Virus record (IMG/VR): IMGVR_UViG_3300022746_000001
Strand: one strand, 5' to 3'
DNA from: a virus
Lineage: Duplodnaviria; Heunggongvirae; Uroviricota; Caudoviricetes
DNA: 41,728 nt
The position numbers were made by a program, and so were the translations under genes. The notes under the pieces were generated by a model. It did no database searches. It was not told the DNA's origin and worked only from the letters and a program-made list of their open reading frames with translations. Of this stretch, positions 1 to 7,754 are shown piece by piece; the stretch's first letter is position 1; each line of letters opens with the position of its first letter.

Positions 1-840
1 GGTGGACGACACTTCGAGGGTCGCGTACAAGACGTTAAAACCTTTGAGAGAAGCGGCCTTTGCGAAACCAATCAAAGCGGTTGTCTTACCTGATTTGGCG
101 CCGCCCATGATTGTGGCGAGTTCTTTTCGACCCCAACCCTTGTGATAAAGGAGTTCGTCCAGCTTTAAGTTGCCGGTAGTGATGCCTCGCGCTGGTCGGA
201 TACCAGAGGCGTCGTCGATACGGATGGTGGTACGGTCTCCGATCTTCTCGAAGTAATCGTAGGCATCACCATCTTCGTTCACGCCTATCTGGATTGCCGC
301 TCGTACTTCCTCTTCGATCTTGTCGAATTTTTTCTTCTCGATCAGATCAACGGACTTCAGGATAGCCAGACTTACGGCTTGGTGACGCGCAAACTCAGCA
401 ACCTTCTCTTCGACGAAGGCGCGATCACTGATGGGGAAACCCTTGATCTTGTTCAGGGTGTCTTTGACAACTGGAACGAGGTCGCGGCGAATAATGCCGT
501 TGGCAACTTGATCCTTGAATGTTTGAATCAGTGCTGCGCGGCCTGGCGCGCTGTTGTACTTTTTGTAATACTCCAGCGCGATGTTGACTACGGATGCCTC
601 ACCCACATCTTCGAAGAATTGTGGCTTCAGAAGGTGAGCGATTCTCCGCATGAACTCAGAATCAGCAGCAGCGAGTGCCGTGATCTGTGTTTGGAAATCA
701 GCGTCAAAGCTAAACTTTTTGACTTCTTCTTCAGGCTGTTCAACTTCAACTTCTTCAGTCGTTGGCAGCTCACCTGAAAAACTGGCCCCGATAGCTTCCG
801 CTGCGGCTTTCTCTGCCGCTTCGAGAGTTAGATCGGACAT
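1..840 (-). CDS. Replicative DnaB/SF4-type DNA helicase, N-terminal 280 aa (runs off window start; absent from ORF track)
   Basis: Manual translation from ATG at 840: MSDLTLE... Walker A MGGAKSGKTT at about 79-108 is in frame, followed by VLYATLEV with the SF4 catalytic Glu. No stop codon before position 1. Confidence 0.88.
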   Translation of the reverse strand, partial: MSDLTLEAAEKAAAEAIGASFSGELPTTEEVEVEQPEEEVKKFSFDADFQTQITALAAADSEFMRRIAHLLKPQFFEDVGEASVVNIALEYYKKYNSAPGRAALIQTFKDQVANGIIRRDLVPVVKDTLNKIKGFPISDRAFVEEKVAEFARHQAVSLAILKSVDLIEKKKFDKIEEEVRAAIQIGVNEDGDAYDYFEKIGDRTTIRIDDASGIRPARGITTGNLKLDELLYHKGWGRKELATIMGGAKSGKTTALIGFAKAASLKGFNVLYATLEVSST

Positions 841-842
841 GC

Positions 843-1142
843 TTAGTGTGTGGTTTCAGCGTTAGCAATGCCAGGAGTAAAGAAGAGACGAATGTCGTGC
901 TTGAACAGGACGTAGACTTGATAGCTTTCGTCGGAGTTCGTAACCTTCATGGAGATGGTGAACTTGTCGCTATGCTTGACGGTTCCAGTCATGGATGTGC
1001 CGTCTGTAAATTCGCAAGTGACTTGTGCGCCAGATGCTTCTAGCGCCTTTAGAAATGCCTCATGACCTTTTGGTGTTGATGCTTTGGGTGTGCGCTTGTT
1101 GCCGCCGTTGAAATGTGAACGGGGTTGAGCTTCGAATGTCAT
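843..1142 (-). CDS. hfq: Hfq-like Sm-fold RNA-binding protein
   Basis: FLKAL...G...G..DKFTISMK...LFKHDI aligns colinearly with Hfq Sm1 (FLNAL...G..G..DQFVILLK) and Sm2 (YKHAI). Start moved to ATG 1142, which has an AAGGAG RBS. Confidence 0.82.
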   Translation of the reverse strand: MTFEAQPRSHFNGGNKRTPKASTPKGHEAFLKALEASGAQVTCEFTDGTSMTGTVKHSDKFTISMKVTNSDESYQVYVLFKHDIRLFFTPGIANAETTH

Positions 1143-1184
1143 GGGTACTTCTCCTTGTTGCAAAATCGTTGTGACCTTCACAGT

Positions 1185-1202
1185 ATAGTCACTTGTGACT
1201 TA
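1185..1202. promoter_or_regulatory. Palindromic operator copy ATAGTCAC-TT-GTGACTTA, overlapping -10 TATACT (1182-1187, minus) upstream of hfq
   Basis: Matches the 18-bp consensus. The -35 is poor (GTGCAG). Confidence 0.75.
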
Positions 1203-1931
1203 TTCTGCACCGGAGAAGTCAATTGCCTCTCTAACTACCCGTTCAGGGAAATGTTCGATCGCTTTCTCTATACGTATCGCGTCTTCAATATAGAGTGCAG
1301 CATTGAGTGCGAAGTGTGGTCGCTGCCTAGTTTTGATGCTGTCGATGATGAACTGCTCATAGGCCAACTGGTCGGCATGCCCAAAGAAGTTGGAGACCTT
1401 GTAGCGATCGTCCACTGCGAACTGCATACGTGCGCCACACTCCTCTTCCCACGCCATCATAATGTCCGTAATCATTTCAGGGTTGGTCATTAAATGGCTT
1501 GGGCGAGCTGGTTTAGTCCATCCGTTTGCGATGCACCAATCCATGCCTTTCATCAGGTAGAAGTCGTAACGAATGCCGAGCTTGTCGATGTGCTGACGTA
1601 GTCGCCAGAAAGACAGCCGTTCTTTAGACTGCATGAAGTCTAAGCCCTTGAAGCCTCGCATGTACGGGGCCGACCTTGCGTCTTGGGTAATGGAGATGAA
1701 GCGCGAATATGCCTTGTTGTAGCAGTGCGCAAGAAAGTAAGTGGCCTTTGTCGGGTGCATCCGACGATAGTCAAACCACTTTACCTGCATGAGAGCCGAC
1801 TCCTTCTTCAGCAGAGCGTCCGTGACGTTTTGAATCGCCAGGACTTCTGCGTGAAGAAAGTCTATGTCGTGCCCGTAGAAGTAGCCGAGCCACTCCCCGT
1901 GTTTGGGTTCTGTATTTGGGGTTTGGGTCAT
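1200..1931 (-). CDS. Hypothetical phage protein (243 aa)
   Basis: Long co-oriented ORF with no recognised motif. Confidence 0.8.
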   Translation of the reverse strand: MTQTPNTEPKHGEWLGYFYGHDIDFLHAEVLAIQNVTDALLKKESALMQVKWFDYRRMHPTKATYFLAHCYNKAYSRFISITQDARSAPYMRGFKGLDFMQSKERLSFWRLRQHIDKLGIRYDFYLMKGMDWCIANGWTKPARPSHLMTNPEMITDIMMAWEEECGARMQFAVDDRYKVSNFFGHADQLAYEQFIIDSIKTRQRPHFALNAALYIEDAIRIEKAIEHFPERVVREAIDFSGAE

Positions 1932-1946
1932 CCGTGCCGTCTGTAA

Positions 1947-1964
1947 TAAATCATGATTGACTTA
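1947..1964. promoter_or_regulatory. Degenerate operator copy TAAATCAT-GA-TTGACTTA
   Basis: 15 of 16 palindrome-arm positions are not all matched: 3 mismatches to consensus. Intergenic, 15 nt upstream of the 1931 start. Confidence 0.45.
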
Positions 1965-1981
1965 TTTTAGATAGCGTTTAG

Positions 1982-2007
1982 TTAATCTACGAGGGAGACT
2001 TTATCCC
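1982..2007. repeat. Intergenic element A, copy 1 (TTAATCTACGAGGGAGACTTTATCCC)
   Basis: 24 of 27 columns identical to 37170-37196. Confidence 0.6.
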
Positions 2008-2016
2008 CGCACCCAA

Positions 2017-2769
2017 TTATTCGTCTTCACCCACCTCATAGGCTTCGACAATCTCTTGCACCAAGCCGGAACGCACCACGTCCTGACGGGTGAAGCGAAC
2101 ACATTTGACTGATGGGATATGGGAGATGCGCTTCACGGCGTCGTCCAGACCCGATTGTCCGTGAATGTCTTTCTGACGAATGTCGCCGTTGACCACGACT
2201 TTGCAATCGTGACCGATGCGGGTCAGGAACAGCTTCATTTGGTTGGGAGTGGTGTTTTGCGCTTCGTCCAAGATCACGAAGGCTCGCTTGAAGGTGCGAC
2301 CGCGCATGTATGCAAGGGGTGCTGCCTCGATGCGGCCGATCTTGAGCATGTACTCGACAAAGCTCTTGCCAAGTCGCTCATTGAGAACGTCGCGGAATGG
2401 TTGGAGATAGGGGTCAAATTTGTCTTCGATTTCGCCAGGGAGGAAACCGAGTGACTCGCCTGCTTCGACTGCGGGTCGGGTGATGATGATCTTGTCGATC
2501 ACGCCTTCTTGAAGGGCTTGTGCTGCCAAAGCTCCACAGAGCCAAGTCTTACCTGTACCAGCGGGGCCGGTGGCGAACGTCAGTTCAAAACTTTTGATGG
2601 CGTTAATGTATCGGCGCTGCGATTCATTCAGAGGTTCGATTGGACTTTTGTCTACCTTCTCTGCCCTGACGGGGGCGGCGTAACCATCCCCTTCGTCTAT
2701 TTGAGTGTTAAAACGTAAGCCTTTACGTTTAACTTGACTGCGGGATGGTTGCGCTTTTTGTTTAGCCAT
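2017..2769 (-). CDS. phoH: PhoH family ATPase
   Basis: GPAGTGKT Walker A, IIITRPAVEAGESLGFLPG, APLAYMRGRTF, ILDEAQN, TRIG and GD motifs, all diagnostic of PhoH. Confidence 0.97.
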   Translation of the reverse strand: MAKQKAQPSRSQVKRKGLRFNTQIDEGDGYAAPVRAEKVDKSPIEPLNESQRRYINAIKSFELTFATGPAGTGKTWLCGALAAQALQEGVIDKIIITRPAVEAGESLGFLPGEIEDKFDPYLQPFRDVLNERLGKSFVEYMLKIGRIEAAPLAYMRGRTFKRAFVILDEAQNTTPNQMKLFLTRIGHDCKVVVNGDIRQKDIHGQSGLDDAVKRISHIPSVKCVRFTRQDVVRSGLVQEIVEAYEVGEDE

Positions 2770-2802
2770 GCGTTGCTGCCCTTAAATTGTTACTGCGCCA
2801 CC

Positions 2803-2832
2803 ACTATACCTCAGTCAGTGGTGACGTATCAA
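2803..2832 (-). promoter_or_regulatory. sigma70-like promoter TTGATA-N18-TATAGT with operator TCAGTCAG-TG-GTGACGTA (2811-2828) in the spacer
   Basis: Read from the sequence upstream of phoH. Confidence 0.65.
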
Positions 2833-2839
2833 TATAAGG

Positions 2840-4165
2840 TTACAAAACAGTCAGCGTTTTTGGAATGGAGCCTTCGTGTTCGGCAGGATTGCGATAGTAG
2901 AACTTGCCGCCGGAAACAGCGAAGTCTGTCACGCTCACGTAATCAAAGTTTGTCGCTTTGGTTTCGGTATCGACGTTAACCATCACAAAGCCGTTGTGCC
3001 AGCGCTCGCCTTCGCAGTACGAAGCGGAGCGACGATGACCGGAGCCGAGCTGGTGCCACTCATACGGGCCGTAGATGGGGCTGAACTCGCTCCACACTTG
3101 ATGGCGATGATGATGGCCGTTCACGCCAGGCAGACCCATGTTACGTGCATGTGGGAAGTGGTGAATCAGGACGGACTCGTAATAGATTTTGTAGTTCGTT
3201 GCCAACTCACGTTCGAAGTCTCGCTTGGTGAATGCGGCGAGATCAGCTTTGGCGATGTAGTTGATTTCGAACTTGTCCAAGCCAAGCAGCTTGGCGATTG
3301 TGAAGCCGTGAAGGTCGGACAACACAGCTCGGAGCGCAGGCGTAGCGTCAGCCAATTGCCGTAGCATCCGAGCTTCGTGGTTGCCTTCAATGAAGTCGAT
3401 TTGAGTGTTGGGACAGGCTTCGCGCAGTGGGCCGAGAATCTTCTCGTGTGCGAACTTGATGCGCCCCACTACGTTCCATTCGCGCGGGTCAACACCATAC
3501 TTGCCAAATTCAGGGAGGTCGAAAATGTCGCCAGCCAAAACGATCACATCTGGCTGTACGCGCTTGGCTGTGTCAATCAGGACGCGCAGATAGAACAGGT
3601 CAATCTCAACGTCATGGAGGTCGGAACACACCAAAATCGTTTTGAATCGGGTGTTGTTGTTGCGGATGTACTTGTCTGCAAAATCAGCGCGTTCAATGTT
3701 CAGGCGGCGATAGTGGTCAACCGATGCGTGTTTCGCAATGGCGCGCTCATGTGCGTGTTGCTGACGTGAGAGCTTGATACCTGCTTGACGCTTGAACTCT
3801 TCGAACGTACCGAAGTAGCGGTTCCAAGTTGATTCGGAGATGGCGCTATGGTTGCGGAAGTAATTGCGAGTGACGATCTTCTCGGGGTCGATCTCCGAGA
3901 TGCGTTGCAGCTCGTTGATACAGTCGTCAGGCGTCCAATGCTCCATGAATTTTGAAGCATCTTCTGACATGGGGTTGTCGTTGATGTTGGCGCGACGAAT
4001 TAGCTTCGGCGCGGTTGGGTCTGACTTACCCATTGTGCGAATGAAACCAGCCTTGTTTCGCACTGTCTTGATTGAGATACCGAAGTGTTCCGCAACATCG
4101 GCAACAGACGGGAATTTCTCCAGATCGTTATAAGCCTCTGTAAATTGTTTAATCTCCGCTGTCAT
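2840..4165 (-). CDS. Calcineurin-like metallophosphoesterase with N-terminal HTH-like region
   Basis: SDLH, GDIFD, GNHE and GHHH metal motifs. The N-terminal SVADVAEHFGISIKTVRNK is HTH-like. AAGGAG RBS. Confidence 0.88.
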   Translation of the reverse strand: MTAEIKQFTEAYNDLEKFPSVADVAEHFGISIKTVRNKAGFIRTMGKSDPTAPKLIRRANINDNPMSEDASKFMEHWTPDDCINELQRISEIDPEKIVTRNYFRNHSAISESTWNRYFGTFEEFKRQAGIKLSRQQHAHERAIAKHASVDHYRRLNIERADFADKYIRNNNTRFKTILVCSDLHDVEIDLFYLRVLIDTAKRVQPDVIVLAGDIFDLPEFGKYGVDPREWNVVGRIKFAHEKILGPLREACPNTQIDFIEGNHEARMLRQLADATPALRAVLSDLHGFTIAKLLGLDKFEINYIAKADLAAFTKRDFERELATNYKIYYESVLIHHFPHARNMGLPGVNGHHHRHQVWSEFSPIYGPYEWHQLGSGHRRSASYCEGERWHNGFVMVNVDTETKATNFDYVSVTDFAVSGGKFYYRNPAEHEGSIPKTLTVL

Positions 4166-4186
4166 AAAACTCCTTGTTAAAACGAA

Positions 4187-4618
4187 TCAGGCCGTGAATG
4201 ATTTGCCTGCTTGTAAGTCCGCCAGCTTCAGGCCGCCTGTGTACTGAAAGTGCGCAAGTTCTGGAAATGACTTCCATCGCTTTGCCCATTCAAGGCCACA
4301 GGACTCACCTATCGCACCAACCTTTTCCCACAACTTTCCGTCTTCGCCAGTGGTTCCCCAGACAGGTTTGCCATTGACTAGCGGCACTACATCGACTGCC
4401 ACTCGGAAGTTATGAAAAGATTGCCCAGGCTTGGCGTTTGTCACGATCTTGCCTGGAGCAGTACGACCTTGGGCATACAGCGCGGCTTGCGATTCCATGT
4501 CCCGAAAGGTGCTTGTCACAAGAAGATCAATGCCTGCTGTGTGACAGGCTTCGATGAACTTGCGAACCTTTGCGGCGACGACTGGATGAAGTACGTCTAA
4601 GCTACGACTGTTGACCAT
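4187..4618 (-). CDS. Endolysin, peptidase M15 (L-Ala-D-Glu peptidase type)
   Basis: R..ESQAALYAQGRT, SFHNFRVAVD (SxHxxxxAxD) and ELAHFQ motifs. AGGAG RBS. Confidence 0.93.
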   Translation of the reverse strand: MVNSRSLDVLHPVVAAKVRKFIEACHTAGIDLLVTSTFRDMESQAALYAQGRTAPGKIVTNAKPGQSFHNFRVAVDVVPLVNGKPVWGTTGEDGKLWEKVGAIGESCGLEWAKRWKSFPELAHFQYTGGLKLADLQAGKSFTA

Positions 4619-4632
4619 GATTGCTCCTAAGT

Positions 4633-4650
4633 ATAGTCACGGGTGACTTA
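4633..4650. promoter_or_regulatory. Operator copy ATAGTCAC-GG-GTGACTTA, overlapping -10 TATACT (4630-4635, minus) upstream of the endolysin
   Basis: Matches the consensus. The -35 is poor (GCGCAG). Confidence 0.75.
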
Positions 4651-4660
4651 TGCTGCGCCA

Positions 4661-5116
4661 TTAACGAATGGCGTTATATGCGTCGATACAGGCGTTCAAT
4701 TGCCGGATGGCTTTGTCGCCGTCGTTGGTGATGGCGATAAGGTTGTCAGAAGTCTCTGCGTCAAGTTCGGCTCGCGCTTCTGTCCGATTTCCGGTGGCAG
4801 AGGTGGAACCTTCGCAGGTGTATATGGTTGTGGGGACTGACAGCCGACGAGTGCCAGCGCGAACATCAGCGCGCAGCCTAGTGATTTCAGTGTCTGCATC
4901 TTTGTTTGCCTTTGCGAGTTGAAAAGCCATGTCATTGATTTGGGCTGTATGCGCTTGTTCTTCGGCGCGCGCCTTCTCATTCAGCTTTGAAATGGCGACT
5001 TGGTTTTCAAGTTGAGACGCCTCGTAACCTTTGTGATGGCCTAGCCCAAATGCGAAAAGCGTGGATAGAACCACGCCTAAGATCACGTAAGGACTGGGCA
5101 GTGAAGGAAGCGTCAT
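4661..5116 (-). CDS. Rz: Rz-like inner-membrane spanin
   Basis: N-terminal TM helix, coiled coil, LRADVRAGTRRLSV and QLNACIDAY C-terminus. A lipoprotein gene is nested in another frame. Confidence 0.9.
   Translation of the reverse strand: MTLPSLPSPYVILGVVLSTLFAFGLGHHKGYEASQLENQVAISKLNEKARAEEQAHTAQINDMAFQLAKANKDADTEITRLRADVRAGTRRLSVPTTIYTCEGSTSATGNRTEARAELDAETSDNLIAITNDGDKAIRQLNACIDAYNAIR
4696..4899 (-). CDS. Rz1: Rz1-like outer-membrane spanin lipoprotein, nested in Rz
   Basis: MQTLKSLGCALMFALALVGC lipobox followed by a Pro-rich mature region. Fully embedded out of frame in Rz. Confidence 0.88.
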   Translation of the reverse strand: MQTLKSLGCALMFALALVGCQSPQPYTPAKVPPLPPEIGQKREPNLTQRLLTTLSPSPTTATKPSGN

Positions 5117-5553
5117 GAGCGTTTTGCCGTAACTGTCTTCTTGGCGACAACAGTCTTCTTAGCCGGCGTCTTCCGAACTGCTGGCTTTTTTGCCGCAACC
5201 GCAATCTTCTCGTCCTTGTGGAGAGCGACAACAGCAGCCTCGATCTTTTCTTCGCGCTTTACTTGGTGAAATTCTTTGTACGCCGCAAGGCCGTAACCGC
5301 CACCGATCGCCGCGATGCCATACGAGATGAACGCCCACGAAGGGAACGACAGCACCGACACCGTGATGCCAGCGACGAGGTATTGCAGACACTGTGCAGA
5401 CTGCGCAAGCAAGCCTACAGCAGCGACAATCAAGCCAACTTTGTGATACGAGGGGAACAGGTGTGAACGCTCATGGAGCAAGCCCACGACGATCACAGCG
5501 AGGCCGATAAGGTCGGCAATCAGAACTGAACTGAACAGAAGATCATTAGCCAT
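5113..5553 (-). CDS. Membrane protein, holin/antiholin candidate (3 TM, Lys-rich tail)
   Basis: Three hydrophobic segments and a basic C-terminus. Lies in the lysis cassette. Confidence 0.6.
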   Translation of the reverse strand: MANDLLFSSVLIADLIGLAVIVVGLLHERSHLFPSYHKVGLIVAAVGLLAQSAQCLQYLVAGITVSVLSFPSWAFISYGIAAIGGGYGLAAYKEFHQVKREEKIEAAVVALHKDEKIAVAAKKPAVRKTPAKKTVVAKKTVTAKRS

Positions 5554-5555
5554 CT

Positions 5556-5975
5556 TTACCCCTTGGTTGTTGCTGGTTTTCTAGGCTTGCGCGTAGTTGT
5601 CTTGCGGCGGGTAGCCTGCACTTCTTTTGCGACTTCCAGAATGTCTTGACCTTCGCGACGATCAAAGAAGTTGGCGATGAAGTTGATTAAGCCGACTGAG
5701 GCGACGCCCAAGATGAAGCCGATGCCGAGTGCTGTGTCCATGTCGGCGAGGTCGAGACCAGCCCAACGTGCGACGAGACCACCAAGCGTAAAAGCGCCAC
5801 CAACGGAGATAGCTCCAATGATTGCGCCTGCGGCTAGTCGTCCATGTTGTTTGATTTTTTCAGGCTGCCAGAACACGCTAATGCTCAAGCCGCCGATAAG
5901 ACCCGCGAGTGCGGAAAGGCCTTTGCCGATAACAAAGCCTGTACCTGCGGCGGTGGATGTGATTGGTTCTGGCAT
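5556..5975 (-). CDS. Holin-like membrane protein
   Basis: Three hydrophobic Gly/Ala-rich helices and a basic C-terminal tail. First gene of the lysis cassette. Confidence 0.65.
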   Translation of the reverse strand: MPEPITSTAAGTGFVIGKGLSALAGLIGGLSISVFWQPEKIKQHGRLAAGAIIGAISVGGAFTLGGLVARWAGLDLADMDTALGIGFILGVASVGLINFIANFFDRREGQDILEVAKEVQATRRKTTTRKPRKPATTKG

Positions 5976-6009
5976 TGAAGCTCCGATGTGATTAAGCGCG
6001 GCGTCCGAC

Positions 6010-6375
6010 TCACATCAGAGTGCGGTATTTGTAAATCGTGTGGAGATACTGCTGGATGATTTCGTCGATGATGTTCTGGATGGTGGTGTCCTTGATTGGC
6101 GAAACCAAATAGCGGTTTGCGTCAATCCAGGCCACTTGCGCTTCCAGAAGTGTGAGCGAGTCGGTTTCAATATCCAACTGATCTAGCGAAATGTTTTCGA
6201 TGATGCCGTTGCGACCCTGATAGGTTTCAACGAACTTGTCTGCCAAGTCCACGATTGCATCGTAGAACTCACCCAGTGCCATGTGGCGCGCATAAACGGT
6301 TGTCCGCAGGTGTTCTCGGTGAGTGAAGTTACGGGCAAAGAACATCAGGGAGACAAATTCAGCGGCTTTTGACAT
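6010..6375 (-). CDS. Phage ferritin/Dps-like four-helix protein (DUF5856-like)
   Basis: H-x2-H...H-x-ALGEFYD..DLADKFVETYQG pattern typical of phage ferritin-like proteins. Recognised from memory. Confidence 0.6.
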   Translation of the reverse strand: MSKAAEFVSLMFFARNFTHREHLRTTVYARHMALGEFYDAIVDLADKFVETYQGRNGIIENISLDQLDIETDSLTLLEAQVAWIDANRYLVSPIKDTTIQNIIDEIIQQYLHTIYKYRTLM

Positions 6376-6392
6376 TGGTTAATCCTTATACG

Positions 6393-6436
6393 AAAACGGC
6401 ATTTCGGGCGAGATTGTCGCCTGAAAATGCCGTTTT
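6393..6436. repeat. Long imperfect inverted repeat (about 19-20 bp arms, 5-nt loop)
   Basis: AAAACGGCATTTCGGGCGA-GATTG-TCGCCTGAAAATGCCGTTTT. May act as a terminator after the fibre genes. Confidence 0.8.
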
Positions 6437-6457
6437 TGTCAAGTCACTCGTGACTTA
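6413..6457 (-). promoter_or_regulatory. Promoter TTGACA-N18-GACAAT with operator CAAGTCAC-TC-GTGACTTA (6440-6457) overlapping the -35
   Basis: Read from the sequence upstream of the ferritin-like gene. Confidence 0.7.
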
Positions 6458-6787
6458 CTCTGGTTTCGGATATTTAGCTTTGACAGCCTTGCAAGCGGCG
6501 ATGTAAGCGTCAATTTGCGCTTTATCACCCTTCACTACACCGTCAAGATAGTCGGTGATTGGTGGATATTCCAATTTGCGAAGAACGTCATAGCTCGATT
6601 GAGGCAAGTCAACCAAAATTGGATTTCCGCTTTCATCACCGCTAATAATCTTTCCAGATGATTGACCCGCAAGCAGCTCCTCATGCTTTTCTTTTGTGAT
6701 TTCGACAGCATCGTTTGGAATGCCGTCTCCATGAATATCAGCCACATAGAAGCCAAGGGTTGATTTTGAAAAATAGAACTTGTTCAT
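6455..6787 (-). CDS. Tail fibre assembly chaperone (Tfa-like)
   Basis: YFSKSTLGFY..IHG..IP.DAVEIT.E.H.ELL.GQS.GK.I..D..G.P.L.D is a typical Tfa N-terminus. Follows a fibre gene. Confidence 0.85.
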   Translation of the reverse strand: MNKFYFSKSTLGFYVADIHGDGIPNDAVEITKEKHEELLAGQSSGKIISGDESGNPILVDLPQSSYDVLRKLEYPPITDYLDGVVKGDKAQIDAYIAACKAVKAKYPKPE

Positions 6788-6789
6788 TT

Positions 6790-7515
6790 TTAGTTTCCAA
6801 TAGCTAACCAGCAGCGAGATGTGTCATAGACAAATCGGTAGTTTGAAGTTGTTATCGACGCAATTGCTGAATAGCCATCGTCGTACGTTCCAGATTGCCC
6901 GCCAATGTGAGTATTGAACACTCCAAAACAGTTATTAGGGAATGCGATGTTGAAGCTGCGTGTTGCGCCTCCGCCGTTGCCAACAGTGTAACTGCCCCAC
7001 TGAATGATGAAGCCATTGCTAAAAACCTGATAGCCATTAGCAACGCCAGATAATGCGCCATTGCCACCAACAACAATCCAGTTAGCTCCATCACACACAA
7101 ATTGATAGCTTGTCCCAGGCCCGCCAGCCTTTAATGTAATTGTCGCTGCAACGCCAGGCTCTCCATAAATTAAGCCAGATGGGGTCGTGAAAGAGACTGT
7201 ATTGCCCAGGCCAGATTGAATGTTGAACGTAATGGAGCCGCCGCTCACATTTGGCGTTGGAAGGGTGATAGTCCCGCCGGATGCGTTCACTGCGACGTAC
7301 TGACCCCATGCTGATGCCGTTAGCGTTGTCGGCAGTGAGTTGATTTGATTCGCTGCGTTAAAGTTACCTAAAGCGCGTTGCACAAATGCTGTCGTTGCTG
7401 GCGCCACACTATTGTCGAATTGCGCCGGCGTAGTTAAATTCAGCCCAGAGGCCGAAACCTTCCCATCACTACCGAGCAATGCGGCAAGTTTTGATGCGTA
7501 TCGAGCAACACTCAT
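6790..7515 (-). CDS. Tail fibre / receptor-binding protein with gp53-like C-terminal domain
   Basis: TTAFVQRALGNF shaft motif and NGYQVFSNGFIIQWG...FNIAFPNNCF tip motif. Confidence 0.85.
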   Translation of the reverse strand: MSVARYASKLAALLGSDGKVSASGLNLTTPAQFDNSVAPATTAFVQRALGNFNAANQINSLPTTLTASAWGQYVAVNASGGTITLPTPNVSGGSITFNIQSGLGNTVSFTTPSGLIYGEPGVAATITLKAGGPGTSYQFVCDGANWIVVGGNGALSGVANGYQVFSNGFIIQWGSYTVGNGGGATRSFNIAFPNNCFGVFNTHIGGQSGTYDDGYSAIASITTSNYRFVYDTSRCWLAIGN

Positions 7516-7754
7516 TTTTGCGCCCCTTGTAATGCGGTCTTAATTTTTTCAACTGTTTTAGACGAGTCAATCTTGTCCTGCATCGCTTTGTATTTGTCGC
7601 GAATTGCCTGACGCTCTGCTTCGATTACAGCCACGTCAGTGCCTGGAATCTGTTTCATGATGACTTCGTCCAGAGGCTTGAACTCCTCCGCGCGAGCTGC
7701 GCGGCGAATATCATGAGCAATCACTTTTGCCTTGTTAATGTTGATGGTAATCAT
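7512..7754 (-). CDS. Fibre chaperone-like protein
   Basis: AK.IAHDIRRAARAEEFKPLD helical motif common next to phage fibre genes. Overlapping junctions. Confidence 0.6.
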   Translation of the reverse strand: MITININKAKVIAHDIRRAARAEEFKPLDEVIMKQIPGTDVAVIEAERQAIRDKYKAMQDKIDSSKTVEKIKTALQGAQK

